Positions 1 to 18,398 of a DNA stretch of 64,000 nucleotides are shown here, piece by piece. The notes below the pieces were generated by a model, which worked only from the letters and a program-made list of their open reading frames with translations, had not been told where the DNA came from and did not search any database. The position numbers and the translations under genes were made by a program. Origin of the DNA: the human T2T-CHM13v2.0 reference genome, Homo sapiens; NCBI RefSeq assembly GCF_009914755.1, contig NC_060947.1; one strand, given 5' to 3'. Positions within the stretch are counted from its first letter, which is position 1. Each line of letters starts with the position of its first letter.

Positions 1-3790
<3,790 letters not shown>

Positions 3791-3884
3791 GTACAAGTTG
3801 ACTAGAAATAAGGCCTTGGACCTTTGGAAGGCATATAATTGGATTTCTAAAAGACCTGCTTGCCATGTGAAAGTGTAGTTTGGC

Positions 3885-3908
3885 AAAAAAAAAAAAAAAA
3901 AAAAAAAA
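3885..3908 (+). repeat. Poly(A) run, 24 nt
   Basis: Seen directly. Confidence 0.95.
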
Positions 3909-4819
3909 CTCTACCACCAACAGAATAGTTATGCATTCAAAGAAATTTTCTGGCTATGGACTATAAATAGGTCTTAACTAGGATGTGGGTTCAAATGCCT
4001 GTAAGGGAGATCAAAAGTGGATATAAACGTGGAAAAGTGGAAGAAGTTCAGCACAGGGTACACTGGTGACATCACCTAATTCCCCAAGAAATGTTCAGTT
4101 CTGAAAAGCTCTGGATAGAAGTGGCCATTTCAGCTGGCCACTACTGCACTTCTTTTGCCAAGGAGCTGCTTACCTATGAGCACCAGATTTCTAAGTATAC
4201 ATAAAAAGGCTATTTGTGTGTATTTGTTTAATGTAGTATTAGAGTTCTTCCAGAAGAAAAGCTTCAGAAAAAAACTGCTCAGAGAAATGTGCAAAGATTG
4301 TGATGTAGGAAAACTACTTATAAATGAGATGGATAAGCAACAGCATACCAAAGATTTTACATCCAACCAAGTTAAAAGACAAGCTGTAATGAATATGCAA
4401 GAACTCAAGAAATATTGTCATTATTCCTTCCTAAGGGATTTAATAGAGGACAAGCTTCAAATAAGCAAGAAACTATAGGAGAAGCTTGGGACATTTCTAA
4501 TGGTGAGCAGTAACTATATTTACCTGTAAAGCTAAGAATAAATAATGGGGATGGAATGACAGAATAGAGTTAAACATTATATGGTCTGAAATATAAATAT
4601 ACTACAAATAATAAAAATGGCTATAGAAAGAGGATAGCCTTGTAAATATTAACTGGGAGTAAAAGGATATAGGTTTAAATCAGAGGCTAGGTCAGAAAGA
4701 GAGGAAAGGCAAAAAGAGGTTACCAGCAAATTTCATTATGACTCATGAGGGGAAACAATAGACAGTTTCTTTAAAATGGAGCTAAAAGCATTATATAAAG
4801 ATATTAGCATGAAATAATA

Positions 4820-5000
4820 ACTCTTCAAATGTTGTACTAGACCACTATCATCAGCATCTCTTGGAAAGTTGTTAGAAATACAAATTCTCATACCCTACTC
4901 CAGAACCGTTGAATCAGAAATTTTGGAATTGGGGCCCAGCAATGTGTTGTAACAGCTCTCTAGGAGATTCTGAGGTATGCTAAAAGTTTGAAAACCACTA
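4820..5000. mobile_element. MER5A-like hAT-Charlie MITE
   Basis: catcagcatc...gttagaaatacaaattctc...gaatcagaaa...ggggcccagcaat...aagtttgaaaaccact matches the MER5A pattern. Confidence 0.8.
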
Positions 5001-5157
5001 GAATCAAGATATCATTAGAGCAAAAATACAATTTTTCTAAATAGCAAAAGATAGACCAAAATTAAAAACCAATGCAAACACAGTGAATTATTTATGGGTA
5101 TAAGACACATACACATACAATATGCAAGAATGGACACCCCCTGCTCCCATAGCTACT

Positions 5158-5296
5158 ATTTTTTTAATTTTTAATTTTTGTAGGTACATAGTAGGGGATT
5201 TATATTTATGGGGTACATAAGATGTTTAGATACAGGCACGCAATGCATAATAATCACATCATGGAAGATGGAGTATCCATCCCCTCAAGCATTTAT
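5158..5296 (-). mobile_element. L1MA 3'-end fragment
   Basis: T-rich tail followed by atggggtacat...gcaatgcataataatcacatcatgg...cctcaagcattta. Confidence 0.75.
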
Positions 5297-5299
5297 AAG

Positions 5300-7150
5300 G
5301 GCAACAAAAATTACAAAGTGTATAGAAATAACTCTTATAAAATGCAATAATTTAAAAGTGTTTCCTCTTGAAGAAGAAAATGATAAAACTTTAATTACAA
5401 TCTATTTTAAAGGCCTAAATGAACGTAGAGTTATACTATGTTCCTGAGGGAAAGATTTGTGAACATAAATGATTATTCTCAAGTTATTCCATACATTAAA
5501 TGAAAGTTTAATCAAGATATCAATAATAAATATGGATTAAGGATATTATTCTTACAGAACTTGACATACTGATACTAAAATTCATATAAAATTGAAAATA
5601 GGTAATAATGATCATGACTATTTTGAGGAATAAGCATGAAGAACTGACATTACTAGATAGTGAAACTTACCATAAAGCCATAATATTTTTAAAAAGTGTA
5701 ATATTATAGCATAAATAGACAAATAAATGGTGGAGAATCACAATGAACTTACAAATATACAAGAATAAATGATTAGTATATGACATATAGAGTATATAAT
5801 AAATCAGTGTATGAAATGATGGACTTTCCAATAAATGGTGTTAGGATATTTGGTTACCCTTATGGAAACAGATAAAATTAGATCAATACTTTACACCATT
5901 TATAAAAATTTAATAATTTAATTTCTGGCAGGTTTAAACCCTAAGTAAAAATAATAAGAAGAGTAGAATACATATGTTTGTGGGGTGCGTGTGTGTGTGT
6001 GTTTGTGTATTAGTAAGAAGAAAGTAAGAAAAAAGAGAACAGTAGGAAGTCTTTATGATATCTAGATGGGAGGAGTTCTTTAATAAAACATAAAAACACA
6101 AGCCATAAAGGGAAAGATAAATTTAAATATATTAAAATTTAAAATATTTCAGTATAAGCAAAGGTAAAGGCAAGTTACAGACTGACAGAAGATATTTACA
6201 ACTCACAAATGACAAACGTTTAAAATTCTGAATATATAAAGAATTTCTATAAACAAAAAAAGACAAATAACCAAATCAAAAATATAGATATAATATGAAT
6301 CAGCAGTTACTAGAGGAAGGATCTTGAATGACTAGTAAACATGTTAAAAGAAAATCAACCTCACAGAGGTTGCATCACAATGAGATATTATTTAATATTC
6401 ACCGGATTGGCAAAATTTACTCTGATAACACCAACTTTGGGAGAAATGAGGAGAAATAGGAGCTTTTCATTGTTACTAATTGTAAATTGGTATAACTGCT
6501 TTAGAAAGAATTTAGCAATATCTAATAAATATAGAGATATACATACCCACTTCTAGGCCTATAGTCTTGAAAATTGTACATATGCATTAGGAGATATGGT
6601 GAAGGATGTTCATTGCAAACGATTTGAATAGATAAAGATTGGAATGTACTTAACTACCCATCATCAGAGAAATGAAGAAAAAAGCTAGCATGGTTCATTT
6701 ATTCAATAGAATACTATGAAGTCGTTATGTGGATGAACTAGATCAATGTGTACCAATATAGATAAATCTTAAAATCATAACATTGAGGGGGGAAAAAGCA
6801 AGATGCAAAAGGTATGTACAGTATGAAACACTTGATCCCCAAATTTTAAGCATGAAATCAATCAAATACATCTTAATGGATACGTACACATTTAGTGAAA
6901 GTACAAAAACAAGTATTGGGATGATACATGCCAACTTCAGGCTAGTGGTCATCTATCAGTGAGAAGTGGGGGATGAAGGAATGGAGGTAGGGTTTATCTC
7001 TATCTGTAATGTTTTATTTTTTTAAGTGATATAAAGTAAAATTAACAAAAATTTGGTGTCCGTTTAATCTCAATAGTGGATATATAGGTGCTTTTTAAAT
7101 TTTCTGTATGTTTGAAATATTTCATAATTACAATTTTAAAATTTAAAAAT
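5300..7150 (+). mobile_element. Ancient L1ME-type ORF2 3' portion and 3'UTR
   Basis: Degenerate ORF2 motifs (caataaatggtgttagg, acaatgagatatta, gtaaattggtataact, aatagaatactatg). Confidence 0.7.
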
Positions 7151-7199
7151 CACTGGGATATTACAGATGTGCAAATTGATTATATGGTGGTGTGAATTC

Positions 7200-8830
7200 T
7201 TGGACAATTGAAGAAGGCTTCCCTAATAAAATACATTTAAGCTGAATCCTGAAATATGAGTAAAATCCATCTGAAGGTTGGTGGGGTACACCATTTCCAG
7301 CTGAAGGATCAGCAAGTGCAAAGGCTCTGAGGTATGAACATGGTTGGGCTGTTCAAGGAGAATCAAGGAGGGAAATGTAACTGGAGGAGACTGATCAATG
7401 AGATGAACAATTGGAGATTAGGGCACAGAAGTAGCAGGGAGCCAGGTCATGCAAGTATTTTGTTGTTTTAAAATATTTTATTTATTTTTAATTGATAATA
7501 ATTGTGTATATTTATGGGATAGATCATGCAAATATTTAAACCAGGGTAAGAACTGAATTAACCTGAATTTGATGGAGCCATTTGAGGGTTTTAAATGAAA
7601 TAATGACTTGAACTGGGTTGTGTTTTTAAAACACTGCTCTGACTACAACGCTGAGAGTTGTCCTATAGGCCAGTTAGGAGCTATAATCCAAAAAAGAGAT
7701 AATATGGGCTTAGACCAAGTTGATAACAATGGGGAAGCAGAAGCGTAAACAGATTTTTGGCAAGGAGTGAAAGAGAGTGCTAAGAATCAAAGAAGACTCC
7801 CAGGTTTCCGACTTGAGAGTTGATCATTGATCTATATTGCTAACAATGGTAACAACGGAGGTAAAATATATTTGTGTTGAACGTGTGGGATGAAAATGAT
7901 GAGCTTATTTTGGATTTATACATGTTTAAAGCTTAGGAGAGAGGACTGGAATGGAAATATGGACCTGGAAGACTTTGCAATTTGGATGATTAAAGCCTTG
8001 GGAGTGGGTGAAATTACTTAGGAGCTAATGGAAGTTAGGAGAGAGGCTGGAATAGAGCTTTGAGGAGGTTCAATATTTAATGGCTTGGTGGAAGTGGAGT
8101 AGCCAGCAAAGGATACTGATAAGGAGCTGCAAGATAAGCAGAAGGAAAACCAAGAGACTGTGGTGTACTATACTTAAAGATAGAGTGTTTTGTATAGCAT
8201 GTGGTGGTCAAGTCTGTCAACTACCACTACGAAATCCAGCAAAACGAGATTTTATAAGTGTAAAATACATTTAGTGATATTGAAGTCATTAGTGATCTTT
8301 GTAGAGAGATGGGGTGGAAATCAGACTTGAGAGGGTTAAGTAGTGAGTAGAAATAAAGAAAAGAACAGATAAAATGAACAAAACAAAGTAAGGACAATTC
8401 TTTTGAAAAAATTGGCTGTGAATGGGGTGGGAAGGGATACAGTAGGAGGATGAGAAGTCAAGGGGGCATTTTGTTTGTTGTTTTCTTAAAAGTGGGAGAA
8501 AAATGGAAATGCTTAAATGCTGATGTGAAGGAGCCATTTCAGGGAACAGTCTGAAGATACAGGACAAATAGGGGGAAATTGGTAATGTCTGGGACTCCAA
8601 ATGGTAAGAGTGAATGGAATTCAAAGCATAGAGGAAGAGATTGGCCTTAACTAGGAGAAAGGACAACCCCTCTACTATAATAAGTTGAAAGGAAGATAGA
8701 ATAGGCACAGAGGCAGAAAGTGTAGGGTTGGTGGCAAGAAAATGAGGAAACTCCTATCTGGTGCCTTTTGTTATACCTATAAAGTAGGAAGTAAGTTTGA
8801 CTGCTAGGGAGATGGTGGTAGTGATGGTGG
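7200..8830 (-). mobile_element. L2 fragments
   Basis: Purine-rich L2 antisense motifs (aaggcttccc, agcaagtgcaaaggctctgagg, gactcccaggtttc, aagtcattagtgatcttt). Confidence 0.7.
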
Positions 8831-8859
8831 TGGGTGTGTGTAGTAGTTCTTTTCATCAA

Positions 8860-9800
8860 AACATACCATTAATAGAGAGAAAAGGCAAGTCACAGAGTAG
8901 AAGATAATTACAATACATACATTTGACAAAGGACTTGTGTTCAGAATATATAAAGATCTCTTATGAATCAATAAGAAAGGACAATAGCCTAATTAAAAAT
9001 GGGTCAAAGACCTGAGCAGATATTTCACAAAAGATGGTATCCAAATGACCAATTAACATATGAAAAGACACAAAACATAATTATTCATCAAGAAATGAAC
9101 ATTAAATCCACAATGTGCCCACTCTACATCCACAATAATGACTGAAATTAAACAATAGACTCCAAGTGTTGCCAAGGTTGTTGAACATTTGGAATCTTAT
9201 ACGTTGCTGGTGGGAGTATTAATTGGAACAACTTTTTAAAAAAATTGACAGTATCTACTACAGCTGAAAGTATGAATACCTACAACCTAGCAAGTTCACT
9301 CCTAAATGCATAACCAACAAAAACAAATGTGCATGTTCACCCAAAAACGTGGATATTAATGATCCAAAAAGCATCATTTATAATAGCCCCAAACTAGAAA
9401 CAACCCAAATATTCATCAGTAGTAGAATGAATAAAACTTTACACACTACTGACATGTACAATAATATGAATCAATCTCAAAAACATTACACTGAGTGAAA
9501 AAGTAAGACAAAAGAGTACATACCGTGTTATTCTATTTATATAAATTTATAGAAAAGGCAAATCTAATCTATGATAAGAAAAAGTCTGAATAGGGGTTAC
9601 CTCTTGGGAAGAGATTAATGGAATATAGAATCAGAAAGGGCCAGAGGGAACTTTCTAGGGTGCCAGATGTGTTCTATATCTTGATCTATATAGGGGTTAC
9701 ACAGGCTTATATCCATATATCCAATTTTATTTAGCTTTACACTTAAGATTACTGTTCTTTATGCACTTTTATGTACTTATATCTTAATTAAAAAATTTTA
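8860..9800 (+). mobile_element. L1ME/L1MD 3' end
   Basis: tttgacaaaggacttgtgttcagaatatataaaga ... aatagccccaaactagaaacaacccaaat ... gttctatatcttgatc. Confidence 0.75.
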
Positions 9801-10125
9801 AGCTCCTGAGGTAATTCTTATATTACATTTCTCCTAACTCCTTTGTTTTGAGCCTGCTTTAAACCATGAAATTCAACACCATCCTCAGATTCCTAGAGGA
9901 ACTTCCTCTCCTTGGGGCCCATATTGTCCCTGTGTCTTTCCTGTTATATTGCTGATCCTTTTTCCACTTTCTTTTTCGCTTAGGCCAATCTTATAGGAAT
10001 ATTCCAGTCACTATGTTCCAAGCCATAACTATCGGCTCTTAGGATATTCTATTTCTGCCCTCTTCCCTGTTCCATGATTTAGAATTGTTCATGTTATAAA
10101 GGTCCAAGGGCTCAGGGGTACTTAC

Positions 10126-10161
10126 TGAAGATTGTTCTTTAACATTCCTCAATAAGTTCCA
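10126..10161 (-). pseudogene. Candidate 36-nt exon (WNLLRNVKEQSS) of a putative decayed gene
   Basis: Acceptor ...TTCACATTTCAG and donor GTAAGT; open frame; non-repetitive context. Confidence 0.4.
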
Positions 10162-10243
10162 CTGAAATGTGAATGCAAATATGTAGATTATCATTCTAAA
10201 TGAATTAGGCACTCTATGCTTATATGCTCATCTTTAAACTTAC

Positions 10244-10281
10244 GGTAACTACACCCAGTTCACCAGAGAGGATATAAAATG
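10244..10281 (-). pseudogene. Candidate 38-nt exon (xFYILSGELGVVT) of a putative decayed gene
   Basis: Acceptor ...ATTATTATTGTAG and donor GTAAGT; 82-nt intron to the next candidate exon with matching phase 0. Confidence 0.4.
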
Positions 10282-10619
10282 CTACAATAATAATGAAATT
10301 CATATCTAAGAAGTTTCTTCAGCCAAACTGATACTATCATGTAAATAAAGTCCTAAACCATTCAAGGTTACCAATCAAAATTATAATACTATACCACATT
10401 CATATTTTCCAAATGTATAATTACTTCCACCTTAAAAGTGTTACCATTCAGAAGTTATAGAGTTCTCAACATTTTCTGTTTTATATTACTTAAGTGTATT
10501 TTAATTATATTTATTTTTTGTATAGCCACCTTACTAATTCTCTTATTAGTTTTACCATTAATTTTGCCAAATAAATCATTCCTTCTTATCCTTCCCCTAA
10601 CTTGTAGTGTTTATTTCTA

Positions 10620-10980
10620 GAACACAGAGAAAAAACATTGAGTTTCCCAAATCATTCTGTGAGTATAGTATAATTTTGATAACAAAGTCAGCTAGTATAA
10701 AACAAAACAAAACAGAGCAATAAAAACCCTGTAGATTAATCTCACTAACAGATTTTTCAAAATTAATAAAACATTAGACAATTGAATCAAGTGATGTATT
10801 ATAAAATAAGCTATAATGAGCAAGTAGGGCATGTTCAAAATTAGGGAATGTAATTTATTGTATTAACCAATTTAAGGTGAAAAATTATAGGATCATCTCA
10901 ATAAACAGCAAAAAGCACTTGGTGAAACTAAATATCTGTTCATGATAAACATTTCTAGTACCTTAGAATTGGAAGGAAAC
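10620..10980 (+). mobile_element. Ancient L1M ORF2 (RT region) fragment
   Basis: cccaaatcattctgtgag ... gatcatctcaataaacagcaaaaagcactt ... ggaaggaaac. Confidence 0.7.
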
Positions 10981-11169
10981 TGTCTATTTTCATTCTTTAA
11001 GGAAGTAATCTTGTGGCTGGTCTGAGGTTGTCCACTCTGTCTCTGGCATTTTAAATGGCACTGATACTTCTATGAACCATGTGGTGATAGGCATGACTAT
11101 GGCCATCTCTCATAGTGAAATAGGCATTCCTTTGAAGTTTTAGGGCTGAATAAGAATAAGAACAACACC

Positions 11170-11430
11170 AAAACGAATAATAAGAATAGCTAATTTATTG
11201 AGAACTTAAGTACTAGGCATCATGTTAAAACACGTGATATCGTTTATCTCATTTATTTCTAACAGCTACCTAATGAATAGTTTTTCTTACTATCCCCATT
11301 TGATGGCTACGGGAGCAAAAGTAATAAAGTAACTTGCTCAAAGTCATACAGCTAGTAAATAATATATCCAAGATTTGAACCCAGGTCTGTCTCTGGTTCT
11401 AGAACTTGTGCTCATAGCCTTTATTCCAGT
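11170..11430 (-). mobile_element. MIR SINE
   Basis: MIR core antisense (aagtaacttgctcaaagtcatacagctagtaa ... gatttgaacccaggtct). Confidence 0.8.
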
Positions 11431-11477
11431 GTGGCCTCTATTATTTATGAAAAGTGCACTATAAAAAGTGAGATCAC

Positions 11478-11638
11478 ATAAATGCTCTGGAATGTGGCTC
11501 TTTCTTTCTCTCTAAGCCTATCAGTATCAGTACTTCTTAGTATCCACTCAAGTTGTTTGGCCTTGTCCAATTCTTTCCCTCTGGGGAAGCTTCTTGCAGT
11601 GTCTTGCAGCGACAAGTCAATTGAGTTCTCACATATAC
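11478..11638 (-). pseudogene. Candidate exon (ICENSIDLSLQDTARSFPRGKELDKAKQLEWILRSTDTDRLREKERATFQSIY)
   Basis: 53 open codons between two MIRs; pyrimidine tract with degenerate acceptor (CTAACTCG); weak donor GTGATC. Confidence 0.35.
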
Positions 11639-11659
11639 CGAGTTAGTGAAGAAGAGAAA

Positions 11660-11812
11660 TTAGGGCAGTGGAGAAATCACTTAACTAACAGTCAGGAGAA
11701 TGAGTCCTTGTTTTGGCTCTGCTACTAACTAGCTATGTATTTGTAAACAGTACTGTAACATCTTAGCTTCGAAATTGTCTCCTCTGTAAAATGAAGACAT
11801 TAGAGTAGAATG
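11660..11812 (+). mobile_element. MIR/MIR3 fragment
   Basis: ggctctgctactaactagctatgt ... cctctgtaaaatgaag. Confidence 0.7.
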
Positions 11813-11832
11813 TTTCTTTTATTTGTATTTTT

Positions 11833-11924
11833 CTTTATTGTTTTAAAAATTATTTTATAATAACTTTTGTCTGACCTCTGCTTTATTGTTTTAAAATTAT
11901 CCTATAATAACTATTTCATCTGAC
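11833..11924. repeat. Imperfect ~48-bp tandem duplication
   Basis: Two copies of ctttattgttttaaaa(a)ttat..tataataact...tctgac. Confidence 0.8.
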
Positions 11925-12070
11925 TTCATAACAATCTGTGGGGTAGGCAAAGCAGAAATTGTTTTTCTATTTTACAAATTAGGCCAGAATGGCAAAGGGG
12001 ACTTGTCCAAGTTCACATAAGGCAGAACGAGGGCTACAAGCCTTTTATTGCAATGTTCTTCCCATACTAC
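11925..12070 (-). mobile_element. MIR fragment
   Basis: cataacaatctgtggggtaggc...ttttacaaat...gacttgtccaagttcaca. Confidence 0.65.
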
Positions 12071-12147
12071 GATAGTGGCCTTTAAAAACCCTCTAGGAGC
12101 CAAATACACTGATCATCCTAAACGTTATTCCTTGAGGAAATCTGTAC

Positions 12148-12313
12148 CAATTACTACAGTCCATAATCTTTCCACATCCACAGCTGTGAGCTCATGGCAA
12201 CTTTTTCTTCCATGTAAATACATTTGCCATACAATGTGACATTTATCTCCAACTTCCTCATGCTGGACCACTGTAATCCCACCTTGTGAGGCTTTAGAAG
12301 GTGCTGAGACAAT
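12148..12313 (-). pseudogene. Candidate exon (IVSAPSKASQGGITVVQHEEVGDKCHIVWQMYLHGRKSCHELTAVDVERLWTVVI)
   Basis: CAGTAG acceptor, 55 open codons, G|GTACAG donor; non-repetitive. Confidence 0.35.
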
Positions 12314-12426
12314 CTACTGAGGTGTGATACTTTATTTTAGAGATGATGAGTAAGTTGGGGGCTGGGGATGTAGAACTATGTGAGGTGAGAGAATGACTGG
12401 TTGTGAAAAGTAAAATAGTTACTTAT

Positions 12427-12643
12427 TCTGAACTGGTTTTCATCTAAGACACTTATGATTTAAACAGTAACCTTTTAGCCTGATAACATTTTTTTAATCT
12501 CTCTCTCTCTCTCTGAGTGATTCTGATCTCAGAGGCAAGGAACCAGTTTTCTTCTGCAGGAAGGTTATTGCTTCTCCCAATGTCCAGGGGATGGGGGTAT
12601 CTTGAGAGTTGGTATTTGGGTTTGGTGAGGAAGCAGGAATGAC
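12427..12643 (-). pseudogene. Candidate frameshifted exon (VIPASSPNPN...WTLGEAITFLQKKTG...IISVLDENQFR)
   Basis: CCCTTGGCAG|G acceptor; a (GA)n tract disrupts the frame; degenerate donor ATAAGT. Confidence 0.3.
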
Positions 12644-12723
12644 CTGCCAAGGGCTATGGCAAAATCTTTCTCTGTCTTTTTATGGGTCTCATTCCAAGTC
12701 CTAATAATTATCCAACTATTTCA

Positions 12724-14462
<1,739 letters not shown>

Positions 14463-14529
14463 AAAACCTTAAGACAGTTTCTGCCTTTAAAGTCTTCATG
14501 TCATGAGAACAACACATGACAATGAGCAT

Positions 14530-15197
14530 GATTTGCTTTTAAGCTATCATTTGTATAGAACACTGTTTTCTTCTTTGTTCACTAAATATGAAGTAGATTT
14601 GAAAAGTGCTAATATTGCTTCTGTGAAATGCATCTGTTGGTTTTTGTAAATTTTGCCTGATATTCTCAAAAGGGGACATTGCAATGGGAGAGATTTCTGG
14701 CTGAAGTTTGTCAGAAATGCTGCCAAAGTGTGGAATCAGCCAAGGTTTCTTTGGTGCCCTTCCAGCCTCCCTGACTACTGGTTCTCAAATATTCAATGCC
14801 TTCAGACTGTTCCAAGCTTTACAAGCCCCCCTCTTATAGCATCTCATCCATTTCTGCCTTGCTTGGGCACCTCCTTGGAATTTTTCTATTTAGTCTTTTG
14901 CTAGTCAAAATTTATCTATGCTCTTTTTCAAAAGGCCCTGGAATTGGAAAGGCTAATTCTCTGCATATAGGCACTGATTCAGGATACACTTAAGAGAGGG
15001 CAGCCCTCTTTGCCTATAGTCGATTCCACCATCAATGCACAAAGGATAGGATTCCTCCTCCAGGTTCCAAACCTTTAGAACTGCAGCCTCTCTATTTGTC
15101 TTCTTTACCATTTTTCTCTAAGTCAAATTCCACAGTGGCTATCTTTATTTTGCTTTAATTCTAGATTCTATAGGTGTTTTACTCTCTATTATGGGTT
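14530..15197 (-). pseudogene. Candidate decayed large exon
   Basis: TTCTTTCTAAATTACAG acceptor; long open stretches broken by stops/frameshifts; non-repetitive; donor not identified. Confidence 0.25.
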
Positions 15198-15569
15198 CTG
15201 TAATTTAGAAAGAACCACGGACTAATTCCTAGTGACAACTCTGACATTAACTTGGAAAATTCACTCATCATAACTGAAAGGAACCCAGAGTTAATTTTGT
15301 ACGGTGGTTCCCAATCTTTTTACATTATGACACAGATAAAAAACGGCATTTGTATATTTCACTGGGACGTATAGCTAAGACTGCTTGCAGCCAAACGCAA
15401 CTAGCCTGGAGGTTCCAGCTACCCAAAGCCCTGCCTGATCGCCATGAGTGCTGAAATGATTAATATCTTATTGTATACCTATAGTCTGCTTGTGGGAACC
15501 AGTGTGACAAAGACAATAACCAATTTGGCCCTAAGATTTTCCTTTTATTTTCTCACCATCCTCTCTTAT

Positions 15570-17560
15570 TGAAGATGAATTTCCTGTACAATGTCTTTCC
15601 AAGTAGATTTCCATTCTCTACTTAATACTTCCAGTGTTGGGAAACCTACTGCCTCTCTCAAGGAAGGAAGTCTATTCCATTGTTGGCTAAATCTAATGGT
15701 TATACAGTTCTATTTATTATCAAACTAAAATTTGCCTCTCAGAACAGACCACATTCTTTCAGGTGAGATTTTGTCAGAGCAAATTTAAATATGAATTTTA
15801 TACCTTCCTTCCTTTGCATATTATACTTTAATTAATGAGGACTGAGATTTTACCAACTTTTTCAGTAACTACACACTGTTGACTCAAGCTTGCTGTCAAC
15901 TAAGTCCTCAAAGTCTTTTTTTTTCATATATGAAGCCCTTAAGCCAAGCCTGCTTTATCTTGTGTATTTGAAAGATTTTTCCATTGATCATTATACATTT
16001 TTAACAAATATTGGGTCCACTTCAGCTCTCTCCATCTATGTCCAACTCATCAACAAAAATATTGAACAAGGCAAGGACTACAGATCTTTCTATGTTTGAT
16101 ACCTTTTATCCCTTCACTTAACTATTTCTTAACCATTTTCTATTTGATTATCTTAATACCTGTAGTTCCTGCCCTTATGGAGCTTATAATTAATCCAGTA
16201 AGCAGAAATGTTTGGGTATAATTGTTCAATTAATTGTGAACCTATATAATTCTGTTGCTGTCTACTTTTTTATGATGAAAAATATAATATGTTTCAATAT
16301 AATGTTTGACAACGTTTCAATACAAAACATTGTCAAATGCCTGCCTTATTCAATCCAGATAGATGCACTATGTATACAGCATTCATCTTATCTACTAACC
16401 TACTAACCCTGTGAAGGAACTGCAATACATCTTTAAATAAGCGTGAAAAAATAAGTTGCAAGCTTAACTGTAGCTTGCCAATAAGTACACAAATATAATT
16501 TGTGGGAATGTGTCTGTGGATTATTTGAGGGGAAAGGCTCCAAGGGAAGCCAGAATTGTGTCTCTGCATGGAAAGAGAGGAGGAATGTTTGGGGGGTCAT
16601 ATAATGAGAGGAAGTGTGATACATGAAAGTAATTGAGAGTGGCCAGCACATAGCTTAAAGGCATGCCAGAAACGTCAAAATTAAGTAAAGCAGTCCGTTG
16701 AGCCCCACAAAGGTAGGAGGAACATGATTTTCAGTGTCAGGAGACATGATGCAAAGATGGTGGTTCCCCAGCTGGAATATTTTCCACAATTCTGGTCATT
16801 ATAAATGAGGCAAAGGACATCCAAATGACTATAAATTAGCCAGTGTGGGAAAGGTATAGCTGGCCAGCTGCCTATGCCAGCTATTGACAATGTTGTTATA
16901 TATTGTTTTTTGTTAATTGAACTTAGTGTAACATTGTGCCAAGAGTGCATAAAATGCAAAATATTATGCTTAGGAGAAAAGAAAGCTGCTTGTCTTAGTA
17001 TAACAGATATTTCTAGATGTACCACATACCAAGATTTGTTATTTACAGTAACTTAATTTGGATCCTTTGTCGTATCAAAAATAAGCATGGAGTTTTCAGT
17101 AGGTAATTAGATTATTTCATCAAAACTAGCTGTTGGTCATACATGTTCATTCCTGGTAATCACCACTTCTTTTTCTGCTCATCATTAGTTCTTTTTTGGT
17201 AATCAGTTCTAAAGCCTTGACTGAGTTTTACATCGAAGTCATATTTTTTAAGCTCTGAAAATTTCTCTTATTTTTTTTTGAAATGAAGAAATACATTTTC
17301 TAGGCTCTATTTTAGAGTGCCTCTCTCATTCTCCATGAGTCTTCAAAGATCACCAAGAAGGATCTAATTCATAATTTTTCTCAATATGAATATGATTCAT
17401 CTGGTCATAAGACTTGAACTTACTGAGTAAACTATATACTTTCTTCTATTTTTTTCATCTATCTTGGGTTATAATCTCCCTTTTAAATGTTCTAATATAT
17501 CCAGTGTGAATAACATTCTTTGACAAAGAAGATGGTGGCAACATGGTAGCTGAGTAATTA
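15570..17560 (-). mobile_element. L3/CR1 fragments with a small L2-like insert (about 16490-16700)
   Basis: aatacttccagtgttgggaaacctactgcctctc...tattccattgttgg...; tgtcaaatgcct...aatccagata; highly degenerate. Confidence 0.55.
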
Positions 17561-17797
17561 TGATCTAAGGATAAATATTGGTGTTATCTTTTGTAATGGA
17601 AATCAGAAGACCTAGATTTTAATCTCACTTCCCTCCCTGTGCTCATATTTGCTGTTATGATTTTTGGCAAGTCCCTTCCCCTCTCTGGACCTTAGTGGCA
17701 AATGAAGTGGGTCAAGTGATGCCTAAGCTCTTCTATAGGCTTTGTGATTCTAAGCATCTATTAGAATATTAAATTTCTATAATCATAGATGCTCACT

Positions 17798-18125
17798 ATG
17801 TTAGGCTGTTTTGTGCTGCTATAACAAAATTGCTGAGACTAGGTAATTTATTAAAAAACAGAAATGTATTTCCTCACAATTCTGGAGGTTGGGAAGTTCA
17901 AGATCACAACACTGGCATTTTGTGAGGGCCTTCTTTTTGTGTCCTCACATGGCGGAAGGTGGTGGGGAAGAGGGAACCAGCTCCCTCTGTGAAGCCCCTT
18001 TATAGGGACACCTAATTCCATTTTTGAGGGAGGAGCCCTCATGGCCTAATCACTTCTCAAAGGCCTCGTAATACTATCACATTGGCAGCACCTGAATTTT
18101 TGAGGGGATACATTCAAACCATAGA
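17798..18125. mobile_element. MaLR solo LTR (MST/MLT1A family)
   Basis: tgctgctataacaaaat...ctggaggttgggaagttcaagatca...cattcaaaccatag. Confidence 0.85.
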
Positions 18126-18398
18126 ATTCATGCTTTTATGTTATCCATTTTCCCTACAGACATCTTGGGCCTCTTTTGTGTTATTCCTGTGTTTTTCTTT
18201 CATCCTTTCCATTTCCAGATGTATTCTTTCAGTCAGTTCGGATCGGCTATTGAAGATATTAATTAAATCATATAATTGTATATTTGCATTTCTCACAGAA
18301 TGTTCACAGTGAGAAACACCAACAAATCAAAAAGAGTCATTTGCAAATGAACCATAAATAAAGTTATCAGTAACATCAATTTAAAGATATATACTTAT

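Noticed and set aside
4155-4478. 107-aa plus-strand ORF as a real gene
   Set aside because: Non-ATG start, no recognisable domain or splice structure; A-rich context beside ancient L1 debris
10244-10281. FYILSGELGV as evidence of a cyclic-nucleotide-binding domain gene
   Set aside because: Only a short resemblance; no phosphate-binding cassette (FGE...R) found in neighbouring segments
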